Origin: Epithemia pelagica
Lineage: Eukaryota; Protista; Bacillariophyta
Assembly: GCA_946965045.2 (NCBI GenBank)
Contig: OX337233.1
Location: forward strand, 3,224,001 to 3,288,000
Direction: 5' to 3'
DNA length: 64,000 nucleotides
Numbering within the stretch: position 1 is the stretch's first letter; each line of letters starts with the position of its first letter. The translations under genes were made by a program, and so were the position numbers. The notes beneath the pieces are model-generated. The model did no database searches and had not been told where the DNA came from. It saw only the letters and a list, made by a program, of their open reading frames with translations. This document shows positions 61,101 through 64,000 of this stretch, in pieces.

Positions 61101-63326
61101 ACATGGAGGCATGTCCCCCCAGTGGCTGAGTTATTGATTCTACCAGTCTCAGTCCTTGATGAGACGACCAAGGTGGGGGCCTCCGGTGTTATATTGGACT
61201 TCATGGTATTGCATGGCCTTCTCAAATGGGACGAGAACAACTCAGTGTACAAGCCAGGTGACGATTGGACTGACAAGTGGCTGTTTGTGGTCGGGGATGG
61301 ACTATCATTGGACCGCATGTTCCAATTTATGGATGACATAATGTCCATCACAGATTCGAAGAAAATGTCGTTCAGGCAGGCCTACAAACAAGCAATGTAC
61401 ATTGCCAAGGTCGTACACCGCGTGGTGCCAGTGAATGGAGATCTTCATGTGCGGTTTCACATGCTCGACTCCATATTCCGTTTGTTCTATGGAGGTCTCC
61501 TACAGTGCTTCCAACATCGATTAAAATGGAAGCGAATCGACGGCAGTGATGTTACAAACACGTACAGGATGGCCCACCGGTTAGCCATTCTCGTCTACGA
61601 AGAATTAGATCGCCTCTTGTTGGATTCATTTGTTTGCCATTCCTTGTCAAGCGAGAAAGTGGAAGAATACTTAAGCAACAAACAACCGGATGATTTGGCT
61701 GTATTCATTGCAAAGGAATACGTCGCGTTCATTCGACGCCAAGTCTGTGAGAGCAAAGATTGGTTACAGCGATTCCTTTGTAACTATCTGATTATCGTAA
61801 GGATGTACATGTCCTTTCTCCAAGCGGAGCAAGAAGGGGATGCCATAGCAATGGAATCAGTGGCCGTGGAATATCTACCAATTTTCCACGCCACTGGCAA
61901 GACAAACTCCTTCAATACACAAATGAGGCTGATGGAATTATATTACCATCGTTTGCCTATTGCTATTCTCCAACAGATACGATTGAACAGAACCAAAAGA
62001 CAAAAACTGGGTTCCAGGCCTTCACTGATGCACAAGGAAAGTGCGTTGGACCAGATCATGGAGCGACTCATGCCCTTCTTTAAGGGCATGAATCACAGTG
62101 GAACAGAGGCCTCCTACGTGAGAGTCTCTCAAATGCTAACGGCCTGTCAACAAGCCAAGCATTTTGTGGAGTTTTATACCATAAACCGATCAGACGGGGA
62201 GTTTGAATTTGCAGAAAGATTGGTGGAGAGCAATTTGAATGACGGAGACAATGGTTATGAGGAAAAGGCCGATCCTGGAAAGCGCAATAAGAATACAACC
62301 CGGCCAACAACACGAATGAACCGTGTTTTTGTCACAGAACTTCTGGTGTTAGCAAAGTGTCACGAGAAAAAACGTGAGAAGGGTGCTATGGTGGTTGACA
62401 AGAATCACTTTTGGAGAGCACTTGATTCTACTACACTGGAAGTGCAGAAGAAGGTGCGTCGACAGGGTGATGGGAAGGTTAAAGCCGATGCTGTGGACGA
62501 GTATGTCATGGTGAAAGTACAGGAAATGATGAGTACAGCAACACATGATCAACGACAGCCGTCCAAGCTCACCGCCTCAGACCCCATGGACGTTGATGAC
62601 GAGTCTGAAATTGACATTGAAAAGGCCATAAAAGAGCAAGACGAAGAAGATAAGCCCGTTGATGATGGTACTCGCTTTTACAGTGACGACGAAACCGCAG
62701 TTGTTGATGTTGAAGAAGAGGCCGAGTTTTATGGGAAACCTATGACAGACCAGTCGGATTTATACGAAAAGACTGACAAAGGAAGCCAAGAAATGAATGA
62801 TTCCCATGAAGGACGAGATGAATATACACGTGAGGAAGCCGACATTCAGGAAACACAAGTCGAAGACATTGTGGCATCGGAGGGTTCTTATATTGCAGAC
62901 GAAGCAGAAGACATTGAGACTCTTGACGATGAGGAGGAAGACGACATGAATAGTCAAGAGAACGAGTGACAATCCACGGAAAAGAAGGAGAGCGACACTG
63001 TTTCAGAACAAGGATTGCGAGAGAAAAAGAATGTCAAGGGGATGAAGGTCATTCCGCTCAATATAATGGCAGCAGACGATGTCATTTCGAAAGCATTGGA
63101 GAAAATGAGCGAGAAGAATGTCATTGCAGCCAAACAAAGGGATGCGGATCGCAAAGAGCGAGAGCACCATTTCCTACGTTACAGGCTGTTTGGAAGACTA
63201 GAGGAAATGGAAAAAGAAGGGACATCTTTAGGTTGGACTGACAGAGACGATGAAGATGTGAATGTTGGTGTTGAGTTGGATGACGGACTGGATGAGTATG
63301 AGTTTTATAAAGAATCGTTAATGTAA
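58158..63326 (+). mobile_element. Academ-like (DUF6589-type) DDE transposase gene; in-frame TGA at 62967-62969
   Basis: VFDNLQ (D), VVGDGLS (D), PVNGDLHVRFHML, EQEGD...YLPIFHATGKTN, ALDQIME (E). The frame continues past the TGA into ORF 63015-63326. Confidence 0.68.
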
Positions 63327-63365
63327 ATAATGAACTTAGTAAGAACGTAAAGCAAGTGTAATAAT

Positions 63366-63880
63366 TTATTGACTACTGATATCAAAGAACTTGAACCCCT
63401 CCCAAGAACTCGCATGGTTCATACGGGGATTCCCATTGTCGTAATAACCCAATGATGCTCGTAGGTGGTGTCCATCTATCTCGGGAACAAGGATTTGCGA
63501 CGCGAAACACTTTAGAATGAGCGCTTTTGCTCTTGACCGAACGGTCCGGGCATTAGACGAGCGAAAAACCCTGATTCCAAATCGTTGCTCGCCATCTCCA
63601 TTGGGTTTAAAGGTCTCAAACTCCACTAGGGCTTTCAGAAAGCAATCTTTATGAAGTGACAAGGAAGATGGGGACAGCTTTCGGGTTATTAATACCATGA
63701 CGAGGTATTCTTGGAATGCTTCTTTATCAATGGGACTATCCAAGGGCGTATTGATTCGCGGCGTAGCACAACGCCAACATGCTCCACTGCTGTTAGGATT
63801 CTCACCGAAAACTAGGTGGCGAAACCTACAACTCATCGAATGATGCTAGTATTTTATGGCATCCGATGACATTTTCCTAA
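63366..63880 (-). other. 3' end of a convergent gene, possibly a RecQ-like helicase C-terminus; continues beyond the window
   Basis: ORF 63366-63836 ends 40 bp from the Academ-like stop; Cys motif FGENPNSSGACWRC preceded (in another frame) by GCHKILASF; splice-acceptor-like TTTTAG near 63870. Confidence 0.3.
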
Positions 63881-64000
63881 AAGTGAGAAAAGAATGTCGG
63901 CATGCTCGCGAAACTATAAATTTGGCCACAGCATGCTCGCAGTGCACGCGTTATCGGCGACCGCTCGGATATTAACTATGGCCTAACACGTGCGCGCCCA

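Noticed and set aside
50766-63866. AAAATGTCAT inverted match as TIRs of one 13-kb element
   Set aside because: Only 10 bp, does not extend, no TSD, and the right-hand match lies in probable coding or splice sequence.

Overview
Eukaryotic genomic DNA, most likely from a pennate diatom (inference from bipartite plastid-targeting presequences, short GT-AG introns, (ACA)n-rich coding sequence and a CoDi-like copia element). No rRNA, tRNA or CRISPR was seen. 1-11 kb: an inverted duplication of a Fringe-like glycosyltransferase + TauD/SyrP-like dioxygenase module (three dioxygenase copies, with opposite partners decayed in each module) and a TA-flanked MITE. 11-40 kb: host genes (LysM-UBA protein, DUF2470/DUF1995-like plastid protein, head-to-head leishmanolysin-like proteases, securin-like candidate, SWEET, Crinkler-like HNH protein, JMJD7 pseudogene, NSUN5) and an intact DD42D mariner. 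40-47.4 kb: a 3'-truncated Ty1/copia element with an unusual hydrophobic insert, followed by a GH18 gene. 50.9-64 kb is the most striking part. It holds a ~1,240-aa RAG1/Transib-like DDE transposase, hidden by an intron and a G19 frameshift, lying tail-to-tail with a BAH-like gene. Divergent from it is an Academ-like transposase with a convergent possible RecQ-like remnant. The spacer between the two transposases contains a 28-bp-stem hairpin and a 67-bp motif also found upstream of the Crinkler-like gene. All family assignments are by eye from motifs; no database search was run.
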